Positions 28,648-39,739 of a stretch of 64,000 bases of DNA are shown piece after piece; positions within the stretch are counted from its first letter, which is position 1, and the number at the start of each line of letters is the position of its first letter. Source of the stretch: Thermoplasmata archaeon (GTDB lineage: Archaea > Thermoplasmatota > Thermoplasmata > UBA10834); NCBI GenBank assembly GCA_041548485.1, contig JBFESP010000006.1:19895-83894 (forward strand), read 5' to 3'. The position numbers and the translations under genes were made by a program. A model generated the notes under the pieces. That model saw only the letters and a list, made by a program, of their open reading frames with translations, searched no databases and was not told where the DNA came from.

Positions 28648-29943
28648 TCAGGAATCACCGCCACATGCAGGATAATCGTAGGCTTCTTCACCCTCGAAGA
28701 AGCAGTAGTGGACCTTCGTGAAATCGCGCTTGAACTCCCTGACGGAGTCCTTCACATCCGTCGGAGGCCCGGGTTTCATCACCACCCTGGAGATCAGTTC
28801 GGCGACATCGGTCATGTCATTCTCCTTCATCCCCAGTCTGGTGATCTCCTGGGAACCTATCCTGATACCGCTCGGTCTGACGGGGTCATCATCCCAAGGG
28901 AGCAGGTTCTTGTTGACGATGATGTTCGCGTCCTCGAGCGATTTCGCGACCTTCGCCCCACCATGATGCTCCTCGACATCCACAACGAGAGTGTGAGACT
29001 CCGTGAAACCGTTCGGCTCACACAGCACGTCGAACCCGCGCTCGTGCAGCGCCTGGGCCAGGGCCTTCGCGTTCCTTATCGTCTGATCTGCATAGGCCTC
29101 TCCGAACTCCCTGGTTTCGGCCAGCGCAACTGCCAGCGCGGCCACTGAATGAAGATGGTGGTTGCTCGTAACGCCAGGGAACACCCCCCTTCTGAGCGCG
29201 GACTGCATCCCCTCCTTGCTGAGGTCAGAGAGGATCATGCCGTGCTGCGGTCCTGGGAGGGTCTTATGGGTGCTCCCTGAGATGACGTCGACGCCCTCTC
29301 TGAGCGGGTCCTGGAACCTGTTGCCTGCGATCAGGCCGAGGACGTGGGCGGCGTCGTACCAGACTGTGCACCCTATCTCGTCCAGCGTGTCCTGTAGATC
29401 CTTCAGGGGAGTGGGAAACAGATACACGGACTGTCCGAATAATGCGGCCGTGGGTTTGATCTCCCTGAGGAGTCTTCTTGTTCCATCTGGGTCGATGTTC
29501 ATTGTCTTGTTGTCGAACGGATAGTGGTGGCCCCTCACGCCCCTAAGGCCTAGGGCGCCGATTTTGGCGTGGGATATGTGACCTCCGTCGGAGAGGCCCA
29601 CGGCAGTCATATTGTCCCCCGGTTTGACGACCGCCATCAGCACCGCGAGGTTCGCGACGGTTCCCGAGACGGGTCTGACATCAGCGAACCTGCATCTGAA
29701 CACCTCGCGGGCAAGCTCCTCACACGTGCTTTCTATCTCGTCGACGAATATGTTGCCCTGGTAGTATCTCTTGCCTGGAAGACCCTCTGCGTACCTGTTG
29801 TGGAGGTCGGAGTTCATCACTTCTCTGGCGGCGGGGCTGAGAACGTTCTCAGAGGCGATGAGTGGGAGCGCCTCCTTGAACCAGTTGTTGTGTTGACGTG
29901 TCGTCTCCCGTATGTGTTGGACGATCCCCTCTGATGTCTTCAC
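28648..29943 (-). CDS. glyA: Serine hydroxymethyltransferase
   Basis: LIASEN, RYAEGLPGKRYYQG, GGHISH, YDAAH, STHKTLPGPQ (PLP Lys); GTG 29943 below TTTTTAAT. Confidence 0.96.
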   Translation of the reverse strand: MKTSEGIVQHIRETTRQHNNWFKEALPLIASENVLSPAAREVMNSDLHNRYAEGLPGKRYYQGNIFVDEIESTCEELAREVFRCRFADVRPVSGTVANLAVLMAVVKPGDNMTAVGLSDGGHISHAKIGALGLRGVRGHHYPFDNKTMNIDPDGTRRLLREIKPTAALFGQSVYLFPTPLKDLQDTLDEIGCTVWYDAAHVLGLIAGNRFQDPLREGVDVISGSTHKTLPGPQHGMILSDLSKEGMQSALRRGVFPGVTSNHHLHSVAALAVALAETREFGEAYADQTIRNAKALAQALHERGFDVLCEPNGFTESHTLVVDVEEHHGGAKVAKSLEDANIIVNKNLLPWDDDPVRPSGIRIGSQEITRLGMKENDMTDVAELISRVVMKPGPPTDVKDSVREFKRDFTKVHYCFFEGEEAYDYPACGGDS

Positions 29944-30156
29944 GGGGTCGGAGAACCCGTCGAACATTAAAAACATATTTGCCAGAACGCAGCCCCTGGT
30001 TGGCCCACTGTAGAGAATCGCGGCAAGCACAGGGGGAGGTCCGTGGAGGTTGAGGCTCGGGGGTCCAACGGTTCCACAGGAAGCGGTGGTCGGTGATTTT
30101 CTAGATAGCTATTTATAAGGTGTGCGACAATCCGTCATACGAGGCTCTGATAATAC

Positions 30157-30558
30157 ATGTCTGCCAGGTCTGCTCGTCTGAACGTCAGAATCCCGGAGGA
30201 CGACCTCAAGGAGCTCGAAGCCATACGGGAAAGGACTGGCCAGCAGACGGTTTCGGACGTCGTGAGGGATGCCATCGCCGCATATGTCGGCGATGAGGCG
30301 ATGTCCTGGAACTCGGACAAGATCACAGCGACGGTACCTTCTGCCCTCGCAGACGATGTTGACATGTTCATAGCCAGCGGAGACGCCAGTGATGTCTCTC
30401 AGGCCGTGACTCTAGCGCTCACGACATGGGTCGAGGAGAGGAAGCGCTACTACCTCGAGGGGAAGGACGCGATCAGAAGGAAGATCGCGGAGACTACGAA
30501 CGAACGCGACACGAGGAAGGGGATGTCCCGGGTCGCGTCGAAGATGAGGATCCAGTGA
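30157..30558 (+). CDS. Tandem ribbon-helix-helix (CopG-like) DNA-binding protein
   Basis: RLNVRIP...TVSDVVRDAI and a second KITATVP...DVSQAVTLAL unit. Confidence 0.75.
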   Translation: MSARSARLNVRIPEDDLKELEAIRERTGQQTVSDVVRDAIAAYVGDEAMSWNSDKITATVPSALADDVDMFIASGDASDVSQAVTLALTTWVEERKRYYLEGKDAIRRKIAETTNERDTRKGMSRVASKMRIQ

Positions 30559-30684
30559 GTGCCCGGCAAGCCAGGGCACCGAGAGCCTCAGGCGAGAGAT
30601 GGTCGGGGGACCGCAGGTCGCCCGCTGTCAGGACGAAAGGGAAGGATGGGCCTGTCTTTCAGGCCGCGGATGGGATGCACCGAC

Positions 30685-30716
30685 GGGGGGGCTACGGCCC
30701 TCTCAAGGTATTTTTT
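30685..30716 (+). terminator. Hairpin with C(UACG)G tetraloop followed by T-tract
   Basis: GGGGGGGC-TACG-GCCCTCTC (8 bp, two G-U), then T6 at 30711-30716. Confidence 0.6.
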
Positions 30717-30754
30717 CTACATCAATGCAAGGCAGACTCCACGTGTCGATGGCT

Positions 30755-31801
30755 TCAACTGCCCTTTTCTGCGAGTATTTCCTTCAGGGCATCGATGGGC
30801 TCCGTCGTCGACGGGTCCTCTCCCCTCAGCAGGGCCGCGTATATGCTGACGAAGTCGCCGACGATCACAAGGGAGAACATCTTACCGAGGGTAGAGCGGC
30901 CCACGGCGTTTGAGACGAAGACCCTGACGCGATCTCTGAGCATATCCTTCGTGGCAGCGACCCTTCGTGCCATCGTTGCGTCGCACTCGTCGTGATCCAG
31001 GAATATCATCGAGTAGCCCTGGCTTCTGCCATCGCCGACCCAACCGACTATGCCGTTGTGGTCCATTTCAGGCAGTTCGTCGCTGAAGGCTATCATCTTC
31101 GCGTTCTCGTTGAACTGGTTCGCCCACCTCTTCGCCACCGGCACAGACGGACCGTATCCAATGGTCACAGGAACAGTCCCGTGCAACTCGTGCGCCAGCT
31201 TCTTTGCCGGGTTCTCCGAAGTCCGAGAGGCGGGGCCACAGTCGGAGATGATCCTGCGAAGAACGGCGGACGTCTCCTCCATGTCTTCCTTGGCTTCGGT
31301 TATCCCAGCGCTCTCGAGTATCCCCGCTATCGCGCCGAACACGTGGCCCACGGTCGCGCGCGGAACCAGGCCTGGCGGGACTCCACAGTGGACTATCCCC
31401 CTCTCCTCCGCGACCTCCCTCAACCTGCCCCCTGAGGAGACCGATACGACTTCAGCTCCGCGGGCGAACGCACTGTCGACCATGCTGAGCGTCTCTTCGG
31501 TATCGCCAGAGTAGCTCACGGCTATGACCAGGGAGCCGGAGCCCACATGCGCTGGGACGGAATAGGATCTTATCACGTCACACGGGACACTGCAGGATTT
31601 CGACAGCCATGTGGATATCATGTCGCCACCTATCGCCGAGCCTCCCAGTCCGCAGATGACGATGTTCCTGATGTCGTCTTGCTCAATCTGTGCCGAGCGA
31701 CCGATGAGATTCGAGTCCCTGAGATGATTGGGCATGTCGGCCACCATCTGCAGCATGTCGCGTGTGTCGACCTTGCGGATGTGGTCGAGCGAATCGAGCA
31801 T
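30755..31801 (-). CDS. Bifunctional phosphoglucose/phosphomannose isomerase
   Basis: GLGGSAIGG, SYSGDTEET, PR, QFNENAK, PEMDHN, C-terminal DP....IDALK. Confidence 0.93.
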   Translation of the reverse strand: MLDSLDHIRKVDTRDMLQMVADMPNHLRDSNLIGRSAQIEQDDIRNIVICGLGGSAIGGDMISTWLSKSCSVPCDVIRSYSVPAHVGSGSLVIAVSYSGDTEETLSMVDSAFARGAEVVSVSSGGRLREVAEERGIVHCGVPPGLVPRATVGHVFGAIAGILESAGITEAKEDMEETSAVLRRIISDCGPASRTSENPAKKLAHELHGTVPVTIGYGPSVPVAKRWANQFNENAKMIAFSDELPEMDHNGIVGWVGDGRSQGYSMIFLDHDECDATMARRVAATKDMLRDRVRVFVSNAVGRSTLGKMFSLVIVGDFVSIYAALLRGEDPSTTEPIDALKEILAEKGS

Positions 31802-31988
31802 GATGTCAGGGAAAAGGGGGCTGTAATAATAAACCTAGCTTCCAGAAGCCTATATTGCCGGCTGAGAGCACCACCGAAAAGGTAATATGCCCTTCCAGGA
31901 TAAGCAGCACCGCTGCCCATGTGGCCCACGGAGAGGATGGGGGTATACGACCTGTGCGACCGCCGCATGGATTCAGTGGGTGAGGCGT

Positions 31989-32729
31989 ATGAGCGGATCA
32001 GTTAGGGTTGGAACCGCAGAGGGGGGCTCGGAACCGGACTATATCGTCACGGCCAAGGATGTCACGAAGACCTATGACACCGGCAAGGTGAAGGTCGAGG
32101 CACTCCGAGGTGTGAGCATTTCAATCATGCGTGGAGAGATGGTGGCGGTGATGGGGCCGTCCGGGTGCGGCAAGACGACCCTCCTCAACTGCATGTCTGG
32201 ACTTGACGACCTTACTGACGGCGAGGTGGTCATAGGTGGAATACCACTCACATCGATGTCGGACCGCGAGCGCACCCGGTACAGGGCGAAGAAGATCGGA
32301 TTCATATTCCAGGCATACAACCTGCTCCCCGTCCTCACAGCGGCAGAGAACGTCGAACTCCCCCTGCTTCTGGGTGGGCGCAACCCAAAGGACGCCAGAG
32401 ACAGGGCTCTGCAGGCGCTGGATGCGGTGGGCCTGAGGGAGTGGGAGACCCACAAACCAGCCGAACTGTCCGGCGGGGAGCAGCAACGCGTAACGATTGC
32501 ACGATCACTGGTCAACGACCCGGAGATAGTATTCGGTGACGAGCCAACGGGAAATCTCGATAGCGAGATTTCAGGGGAGGTGATGACCCTCCTGAAGAGC
32601 CTCAACAAGAAGAACAGACAGACGTTCATAATCGTTACCCACGATTACAACGTGGGCAAGATGGCAGACAGAATCATCACCATGAGAGACGGCCGCGTGG
32701 AGAAGGAGTTCGTCCCCGCCCCGTTCTAA
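31989..32729 (+). CDS. ABC transporter ATP-binding protein (LolD/MacB type)
   Basis: GPSGCGKT, IGFIFQAYNL, LSGGEQQR, DEPTGNLD, VTHD. Confidence 0.95.
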   Translation: MSGSVRVGTAEGGSEPDYIVTAKDVTKTYDTGKVKVEALRGVSISIMRGEMVAVMGPSGCGKTTLLNCMSGLDDLTDGEVVIGGIPLTSMSDRERTRYRAKKIGFIFQAYNLLPVLTAAENVELPLLLGGRNPKDARDRALQALDAVGLREWETHKPAELSGGEQQRVTIARSLVNDPEIVFGDEPTGNLDSEISGEVMTLLKSLNKKNRQTFIIVTHDYNVGKMADRIITMRDGRVEKEFVPAPF

Positions 32730-32743
32730 GGAGGTGATTTGCC

Positions 32744-35644
32744 ACGGACACCCTCCAGCAGCTCGCGGTCCTCGTGACGGTCGTCATCCTGGTCGTTGGC
32801 GCAATGGCATTCAGGAGGCGAGTCTTCGCGCGCATGGCGATCAGGAACATCTCGCGAAGGAAGAGATTCGTGGTGATAATCGTCTCGGGACTGTTGATTG
32901 CCACGGCCATGATATCGGGATCACTGGTCGTGGGGGACACTCTCGACTACATAATCAAACAGGAGACTTTCGACAACACCGGCGAGGTCGACATAGTCTT
33001 GTATGCCACCGACGAGGCTGGCGACATGACATACTTCAACCAGAGCATCGCCGCCGACCTCATGTCCGCGGTCGATGCCGGGGATCTGCCGCATGTGGAC
33101 AAGGCTGCCCCGGCGGTCAGAGAATGGCTGCCCGTCATCAACCCCAGGCTCAACTCATCCTCCTCGCAGGTGACCATCTTCGGCTTCGACCCATCCAGCA
33201 CGGTCAACAACCTTCTCGGCGAGAGCGGATCTCCGGTCACCGCAGATATGGTGGAGAACGGCAGCGCCGTAATCAACTCGGAGCTCGCTGAGGACCTGGA
33301 GGCGGTCATCGGCGACACAGTCATAGTGTTCAACGCCACGGGTGTGCCCATACCGTTCACGGTCGCGGGCATCGCCCAGGATTCGGGCATGGCGCTCTGG
33401 TACGGAGACGCGATACTCTTCGCAGAGCTGTCCTTCGTGCAGGCCACCATTGGTACCGGACCTGGTCTCATCAACCAGATAGATGTATCGAACGTCGGAG
33501 GGATAGAGGACGGATACCTGGTGACGGACGAGGCGGTTGTGGAGCTGAAGGCTGAACTGCCCTCCGATGTATCCTTCGAGCTCTCCGAGGTGAAGAAGGA
33601 CGGCATAGAGACCGCCCAGGAGACCTCGGATCAGGTGTCGCAGATATTCGTCGTCATGAGCTCTTTCGCGATAATCGCTGGCATCATGCTCATCATCAAC
33701 ATATTCGTCATGCTGGCCGAAGAGAGGAAACCCGAGATGGGGATATCACGGGCCATCGGCATGAAGCGTGGCGACCTCACGCAGACCTTTCTCTTCGAGG
33801 GCACCGTGTACGCGCTGATAGCGTCCGCGGTCGGAACCTTCGTGGGGCTCATCATCGCGGGGATAATGGTGGCTGCCTTCTCCATGGTCATGGCGGGGGA
33901 AGGGCTGACTTTCGTCATCCACTTCACATGGGAGAGCCTGGGTGTCGCCGCCTGCATGGGGTTCCTCATCACACTTGCCACAGTGGCGCTTGCCTCCTGG
34001 AGGGTGAGCAAGCTGAACATCGTCCGGGCGATAAGGGACATACCTGAACCGGTCCTGGCCAAGTCGGAGAAGAGGTATGTCCTCCTGGGGATTCTCTCCG
34101 TAGCGTTTGGCGTCGTTCTTACCGTCGTAGGGGCCCAGTCCCATCAGGCGGCCCTGACATCCTCCGGACCCAGCCTGGCCGCCTTAGGAGTCGCCATGCT
34201 CGCCGTGAGGTTCGTGAGCCCGAGGATGCCGTTCACGATTGCAGGCGCCTTCGTGATGTTCTGGACTCTAGACCCGTTCAACATCCAGGAGTACGTCTTC
34301 GGGGCGGTCACTGGCGACATGGAGATGTTCATTGTGACCGGGGTCCTCCTCGTCACCGGAGGAGTCATCGTATCCATCTTCAACAGCGACCTGTTGCTCG
34401 AGAGCGTGACGAGTATCTTCGGACGAGGAGGTTCGCGCCTTCCGATCCTCAAGTCTGCCATCAGCTACCCGATGAACAAGAAGTTCCGGACTGGTCTGTC
34501 CCTGTTCATGTTCTCGCTGATAATGTTCACAGTCGTCGTCATCGCCATGATGGCGTCGTTCCAGAGGGAGAGCGTAGACACACTCACAGAGCAGTTCTCC
34601 GGTGGATACGACGTGATAGGCATAACCTTCAGGGACCTGCCGGACGACGAGATGGCATCTGGCCTTGACAGGCTGGACGAAGCGATAGGTGGGCCTGCAA
34701 TCGATAAGATGTCAGGGGCGCTGGTGGCCAACATCGGCCTTGTGCCGGAAGGAGAGAACGAATCGTACCAGCGGACCCTGATAGGATTCGATGACGTGGT
34801 AATCGAAGGGGGAGGATTCTCCCTTGCGGATAGGTCGACTGACTACCAGACGGACGCGGATGCGTGGTCTGCGCTCGCGACCGACCACAGCGTCGCCATC
34901 GTGGACGGCAGCGCGATACCACAGATGTATGGCAGCTTCGGATCCCTTAGCCTCGATGTAGGCCAGACAATCACCGTGACGGTATTCAACGGCACGACAG
35001 TTGACCTGACGGTGATCGGGGTAATGGACCAGATGTTCCTCCAGGGCATCTTCATATCAGATGATTTCGTGGCCGAGCTTGCGCCTTCGAGCGCGAAGAG
35101 GCTTCACTACTTCTCGATCGAGGAGGGGACGGGGCTGACGAACGCCGAGGTCGCCGAGCAGATCGAGAGAGTGTTCGTCGAGTACGGCATGACGACGATA
35201 GTGATCAGGGACACAATCGAGATGGTGTTCAGCATGGTGGCGTCGATCATGCAATTAATGGAGATATTCCTCGGGATGGGACTGATCGTGGGCATAACTG
35301 GCCTCGGCATCATAACAATCCGGAACGTCGCCGAGAGGAGGCAGGAGATCGGCGTGATGAGGGCTATCGGGTATCAGAGGGACATGATATTGAAATCCTT
35401 CGTCCTGGAGACTTCGTTCGTGTCTCTCCTCGGCATAATACTCGGGTTGGTGCTTGGTCTCGCCTTGTCGTACCAGCTTCATAGCTGGGGGGGGTTCTCC
35501 GAGGTCTCTCCGTTCGTCATCCCGTGGTTCGACATAATCCTCGTGACTGTGATCGCATTCTCCGTCACACTGCTGTCCACGTTGCCGCCCTCCAGAGCAG
35601 CAGCCAGACTGGCTCCTGCTGAGGCTTTAAGAAGGATAGACTGA
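32744..35644 (+). CDS. ABC transporter permease with two FtsX/MacB domains; likely ACG start
   Basis: Two ER..E.G..RAIG motifs and large extracellular loops; in-frame TGA inside the SD, ACG at 32744, first canonical GTG at 32774. Confidence 0.9.
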   Translation, partial: TDTLQQLAVLVTVVILVVGAMAFRRRVFARMAIRNISRRKRFVVIIVSGLLIATAMISGSLVVGDTLDYIIKQETFDNTGEVDIVLYATDEAGDMTYFNQSIAADLMSAVDAGDLPHVDKAAPAVREWLPVINPRLNSSSSQVTIFGFDPSSTVNNLLGESGSPVTADMVENGSAVINSELAEDLEAVIGDTVIVFNATGVPIPFTVAGIAQDSGMALWYGDAILFAELSFVQATIGTGPGLINQIDVSNVGGIEDGYLVTDEAVVELKAELPSDVSFELSEVKKDGIETAQETSDQVSQIFVVMSSFAIIAGIMLIINIFVMLAEERKPEMGISRAIGMKRGDLTQTFLFEGTVYALIASAVGTFVGLIIAGIMVAAFSMVMAGEGLTFVIHFTWESLGVAACMGFLITLATVALASWRVSKLNIVRAIRDIPEPVLAKSEKRYVLLGILSVAFGVVLTVVGAQSHQAALTSSGPSLAALGVAMLAVRFVSPRMPFTIAGAFVMFWTLDPFNIQEYVFGAVTGDMEMFIVTGVLLVTGGVIVSIFNSDLLLESVTSIFGRGGSRLPILKSAISYPMNKKFRTGLSLFMFSLIMFTVVVIAMMASFQRESVDTLTEQFSGGYDVIGITFRDLPDDEMASGLDRLDEAIGGPAIDKMSGALVANIGLVPEGENESYQRTLIGFDDVVIEGGGFSLADRSTDYQTDADAWSALATDHSVAIVDGSAIPQMYGSFGSLSLDVGQTITVTVFNGTTVDLTVIGVMDQMFLQGIFISDDFVAELAPSSAKRLHYFSIEEGTGLTNAEVAEQIERVFVEYGMTTIVIRDTIEMVFSMVASIMQLMEIFLGMGLIVGITGLGIITIRNVAERRQEIGVMRAIGYQRDMILKSFVLETSFVSLLGIILGLVLGLALSYQLHSWGGFSEVSPFVIPWFDIILVTVIAFSVTLLSTLPPSRAAARLAPAEALRRID

Positions 35645-35699
35645 TACCTTCGGGATAGTAGCTACAACATCCATATTATCAGGATGCGGCATCGTCGAA

Positions 35700-36410
35700 A
35701 TGATGGCTTCAGCCACCGTGCTAAAAGCATTGGACGCCTTGACAACGGGCCGTTTCGTCCTCGTCTACGACGCCGACGGGAGGGAGGAGGAAACGGACAT
35801 GGTCATAGCGTCGCAGCACATCACGTCGCAGGCCGTACGGACGATGCGCAAGGACGCGGGCGGGCTGATATGCACGACGGCCGACTCGACCATCCAGGAA
35901 GCTCTCGGCCTGCCGTTCCTTTCGGAGATATTCAAGGACATGGGCGCGAAATTCCCCGTGATGGACGAACTCATACCCGACGACATCCCCTACGACGTCA
36001 AATCCGCCTTCGGCATAACCATCAACCACAGGAAGACTTTCACCGGTATCACCGACAACGACCGCTCGCTCACCATCAGGGAGTTCTCCAACCTCGCCCG
36101 CGAAGCCGTCTCCAAAGGGGACGGATGGGGCAAGAGGGAGCTGGGGAAGGGGTTCCGGGCGCCTGGCCACGTCCATCTGCTGAATACGTCCTCCAGGATT
36201 CTGGAGACCCGGTTCGGACACACCGAACTCTCGACGGCCCTGGTCATCATGGCGGGGCTCGTGCCGTCCGCGACGGTGTGCGAGATGATGGGCGACGACG
36301 GGAACGCCCTTCCGAAGGCAGAGGCAATCGCCTACGCTGAGGAGAACGGCCTGGTCTACCTCGACGGGCTGGACATCGTCTCCGCCTGGAAGGAATTCCG
36401 GACGAGGTGA
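35700..36410 (+). CDS. ribB: 3,4-dihydroxy-2-butanone-4-phosphate synthase
   Basis: VYDADGREEETD, GGLIC, TGITDNDR, FRAPGH, RFGHTE, CEM. Confidence 0.95.
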   Translation: MMASATVLKALDALTTGRFVLVYDADGREEETDMVIASQHITSQAVRTMRKDAGGLICTTADSTIQEALGLPFLSEIFKDMGAKFPVMDELIPDDIPYDVKSAFGITINHRKTFTGITDNDRSLTIREFSNLAREAVSKGDGWGKRELGKGFRAPGHVHLLNTSSRILETRFGHTELSTALVIMAGLVPSATVCEMMGDDGNALPKAEAIAYAEENGLVYLDGLDIVSAWKEFRTR

Positions 36411-36415
36411 GAAGT

Positions 36416-37332
<917 letters not shown>

Positions 37333-37353
37333 GATCATGACATCGGCAGGAGG

Positions 37354-37776
37354 ATGAGAGAGATGGCGAAGAGATACAGTATAGGCATCGTGTGCAGCGA
37401 GTTCAACTTCGACCTCACACAGACGATGCTCGAAAGGGCGAAGGAACACGCGAAGTTCCTGGATGTGGACGTTGCGAAGGTCATGAGGGTACCAGGAGTA
37501 TTCGACATACCCCTGGCCGTGAAGTCACTGATGAAGGACGAGTCCATAGAGGCCGTCGTGACCATCGGTGCGGTCATCGAGGGGGAGACCGAGCACGACC
37601 AGGTGGTCATAGCCCAGGCTGCCAGGAAGATAACGGACCTCGCGGTGGAGTACGAGAAACCCGTCGGGCTCGGGATAACGGGCCCAGGCATGAGCAGACT
37701 CCAGGCTGAGGACAGGATCGAGCGGGCGAAGGACGCCGTGGAATCCGTCGTCAAGCAGCTCAAGATGCTCGGGTGA
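37354..37776 (+). CDS. ribH: 6,7-dimethyl-8-ribityllumazine synthase
   Basis: SEFN, VPGVFDIP, GAVIEGETEH, KPVGLGI. Confidence 0.95.
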   Translation: MREMAKRYSIGIVCSEFNFDLTQTMLERAKEHAKFLDVDVAKVMRVPGVFDIPLAVKSLMKDESIEAVVTIGAVIEGETEHDQVVIAQAARKITDLAVEYEKPVGLGITGPGMSRLQAEDRIERAKDAVESVVKQLKMLG

Positions 37777-37822
37777 ACTCCGTCCCGCCAACCGTGAGGG
37801 CGTCGGTCATGGAGCGTTAGAC

Positions 37823-39739
37823 GTGGCAGCCGTCAGACTGGGCAAGATGCACCTCCGCTGGTGTAATTCGTGCAACGTCCCGATTCTGGAGCAGGCCGCA
37901 TGCAGCAAATGCGGCGCCAGCACGAGAGAGGTCAAGATCACTCCGCCCGGGGACGCTCGGCCTGCCTTCGATCACGACATCCGGAGGATCCGAACGCTCA
38001 TAGACACGCAGTTCGGGCCTGGATGCGGGGAGGTCGCCGTACCGACCGGACGGCTGGTGCTCCTGAACAAAGCTCCTGACCTGGACCGCATGGATGAGGT
38101 AGTGCTGGATGGAATGGTCATCGGGGCTGTCAGGTTCGACATCGCGCGAGGGGAGAAATTCCTACCTCGAGGCGTCACTGCGTCGAGGATGGAGAAGATC
38201 ATCTCCCGGGGGTGGGTACGTGTCGACGGAGGAGCCCTGGAATCGATCCGGGAGAGGAGGGCGAGCGCCCTCGCGGTCGGAGTATCCGATGCCGCAGAAG
38301 GGATCGAACGCGGAGACGATATCATCGTGCTCGACCCTGACGGAAAGGCTGTCTCGGTCGGAGTGGCAAAGATGTCCACCGCGGAGATCAGGACGGCCGA
38401 GAGGGGCACCGCAGTCAAGACACGGTGGGTTGCAGACGACTCTGTAGCTGGCACATCGGACAATGGGACCTCGTCGTGGGACGACGCTGTCCTCGCGAAT
38501 AGGGCGATGATCGACCGGAGGGCGTCTGAGGCGGCGAGGTTCGTCAGAGATATTGCGAGGGAGGGCGACCTGCCCGTGGCGGTGTCCTTCAGCGGAGGGA
38601 AAGACAGTCTCGCGACTCTCCTGCTCGTAATGGAGGGGGGCATCACCCCGAAGATGATTTTCGTGGACACGGGCCTTGAGTTCGAGGAGACCCTGAACAA
38701 CGTGCGCGACACGGCAGCGAGGCATTCCCTGGAGCTGATAACGGAGAGCGCCGGCGACGGATTCTGGAGAAACGTCGACTTGTTCGGACCACCAGCGAAG
38801 GATTTCAGATGGTGCTGCAAGACCTGCAAGCTCGGCCCCGCGACGAGGCTCATAGAGAAACACTTTCCGGGCGGTGTGCTCTCGTTCATCGGTCAGAGGG
38901 CCTACGAGTCCCAGACCAGAGCACGGAAGGGCAGGGTCTGGAGGAACCCGTGGACCCCGAACCAGCTGGGAGCCTCACCCATACAGAAGTGGACGGCGTT
39001 GCACGTATGGCTCTACCTGTTCGATAGGAAGGAGCCATCCAACCCGCTGTACGAGAGGGGGTTCGAGAGGATCGGGTGCTACCTGTGCCCCTCCGCGGAC
39101 CTCGCGGAGTTGAAGCATGCGAGGGAGCTCAACGGAGAGTACCGCCGTTGGCAGGAGTATCTCATCCATTACTCACAGAAGCACGACATGCCGGAGGAAT
39201 GGCTCTCCAAGGACCTGTGGAGATGGAGAAAGGTCCCGCGGTCCGTCCTCGACGCTCTGGGTCTGAATGCCGCGCGCTGCGGTGTGTCGCACGACCGCTC
39301 GATTGGCAACGCCCCGATAGGGTTCCAGAGCACCGAAGGTTACAGCCCTTGCGTCGATGGGATGAGCATGGAGGGCGTCTTCAGCCGGGAGCTCGACATG
39401 GACCGTGTCTCGAACCTCCTGAACGTGCTGGGAGAGGTGACGGTCTCACCGGACGGCAGGATAGCCGAGGTGGACCGGATGACAGTCTTCGCCGAAGGGC
39501 CTGTAATGGTCAAGGCGCACGACGAGGAGGGGTTGAGGACCAAGGCCTCCCGTCTGAAGGAAGTGGTCCTCAGGGCCATGGAATGTGCGGGGTGCGGGAT
39601 CTGCGTCTCGAGGTGTCCCGAAAGTGCCCTGAGACTGGATGGACGTGTCAGGATAGATGAAGAGAGATGCTCCCACTGCGGGCAGTGCCTAGGCCCTTGC
39701 CCGGTCGTTCAGTTTAGAGAGGATCAGCTGGACATATGA
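37823..39739 (+). CDS. PAPS/APS-reductase-family protein with zinc ribbon, PUA domain and C-terminal ferredoxin
   Basis: CNSC..CSKC; PUA-like VRVDGGA..LAVGV; SFSGGKDS; WCCKTCK; RIGCYLCP; CAGCGICVSRCP and CSHCGQCLGPCP. Confidence 0.88.
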   Translation: MAAVRLGKMHLRWCNSCNVPILEQAACSKCGASTREVKITPPGDARPAFDHDIRRIRTLIDTQFGPGCGEVAVPTGRLVLLNKAPDLDRMDEVVLDGMVIGAVRFDIARGEKFLPRGVTASRMEKIISRGWVRVDGGALESIRERRASALAVGVSDAAEGIERGDDIIVLDPDGKAVSVGVAKMSTAEIRTAERGTAVKTRWVADDSVAGTSDNGTSSWDDAVLANRAMIDRRASEAARFVRDIAREGDLPVAVSFSGGKDSLATLLLVMEGGITPKMIFVDTGLEFEETLNNVRDTAARHSLELITESAGDGFWRNVDLFGPPAKDFRWCCKTCKLGPATRLIEKHFPGGVLSFIGQRAYESQTRARKGRVWRNPWTPNQLGASPIQKWTALHVWLYLFDRKEPSNPLYERGFERIGCYLCPSADLAELKHARELNGEYRRWQEYLIHYSQKHDMPEEWLSKDLWRWRKVPRSVLDALGLNAARCGVSHDRSIGNAPIGFQSTEGYSPCVDGMSMEGVFSRELDMDRVSNLLNVLGEVTVSPDGRIAEVDRMTVFAEGPVMVKAHDEEGLRTKASRLKEVVLRAMECAGCGICVSRCPESALRLDGRVRIDEERCSHCGQCLGPCPVVQFREDQLDI

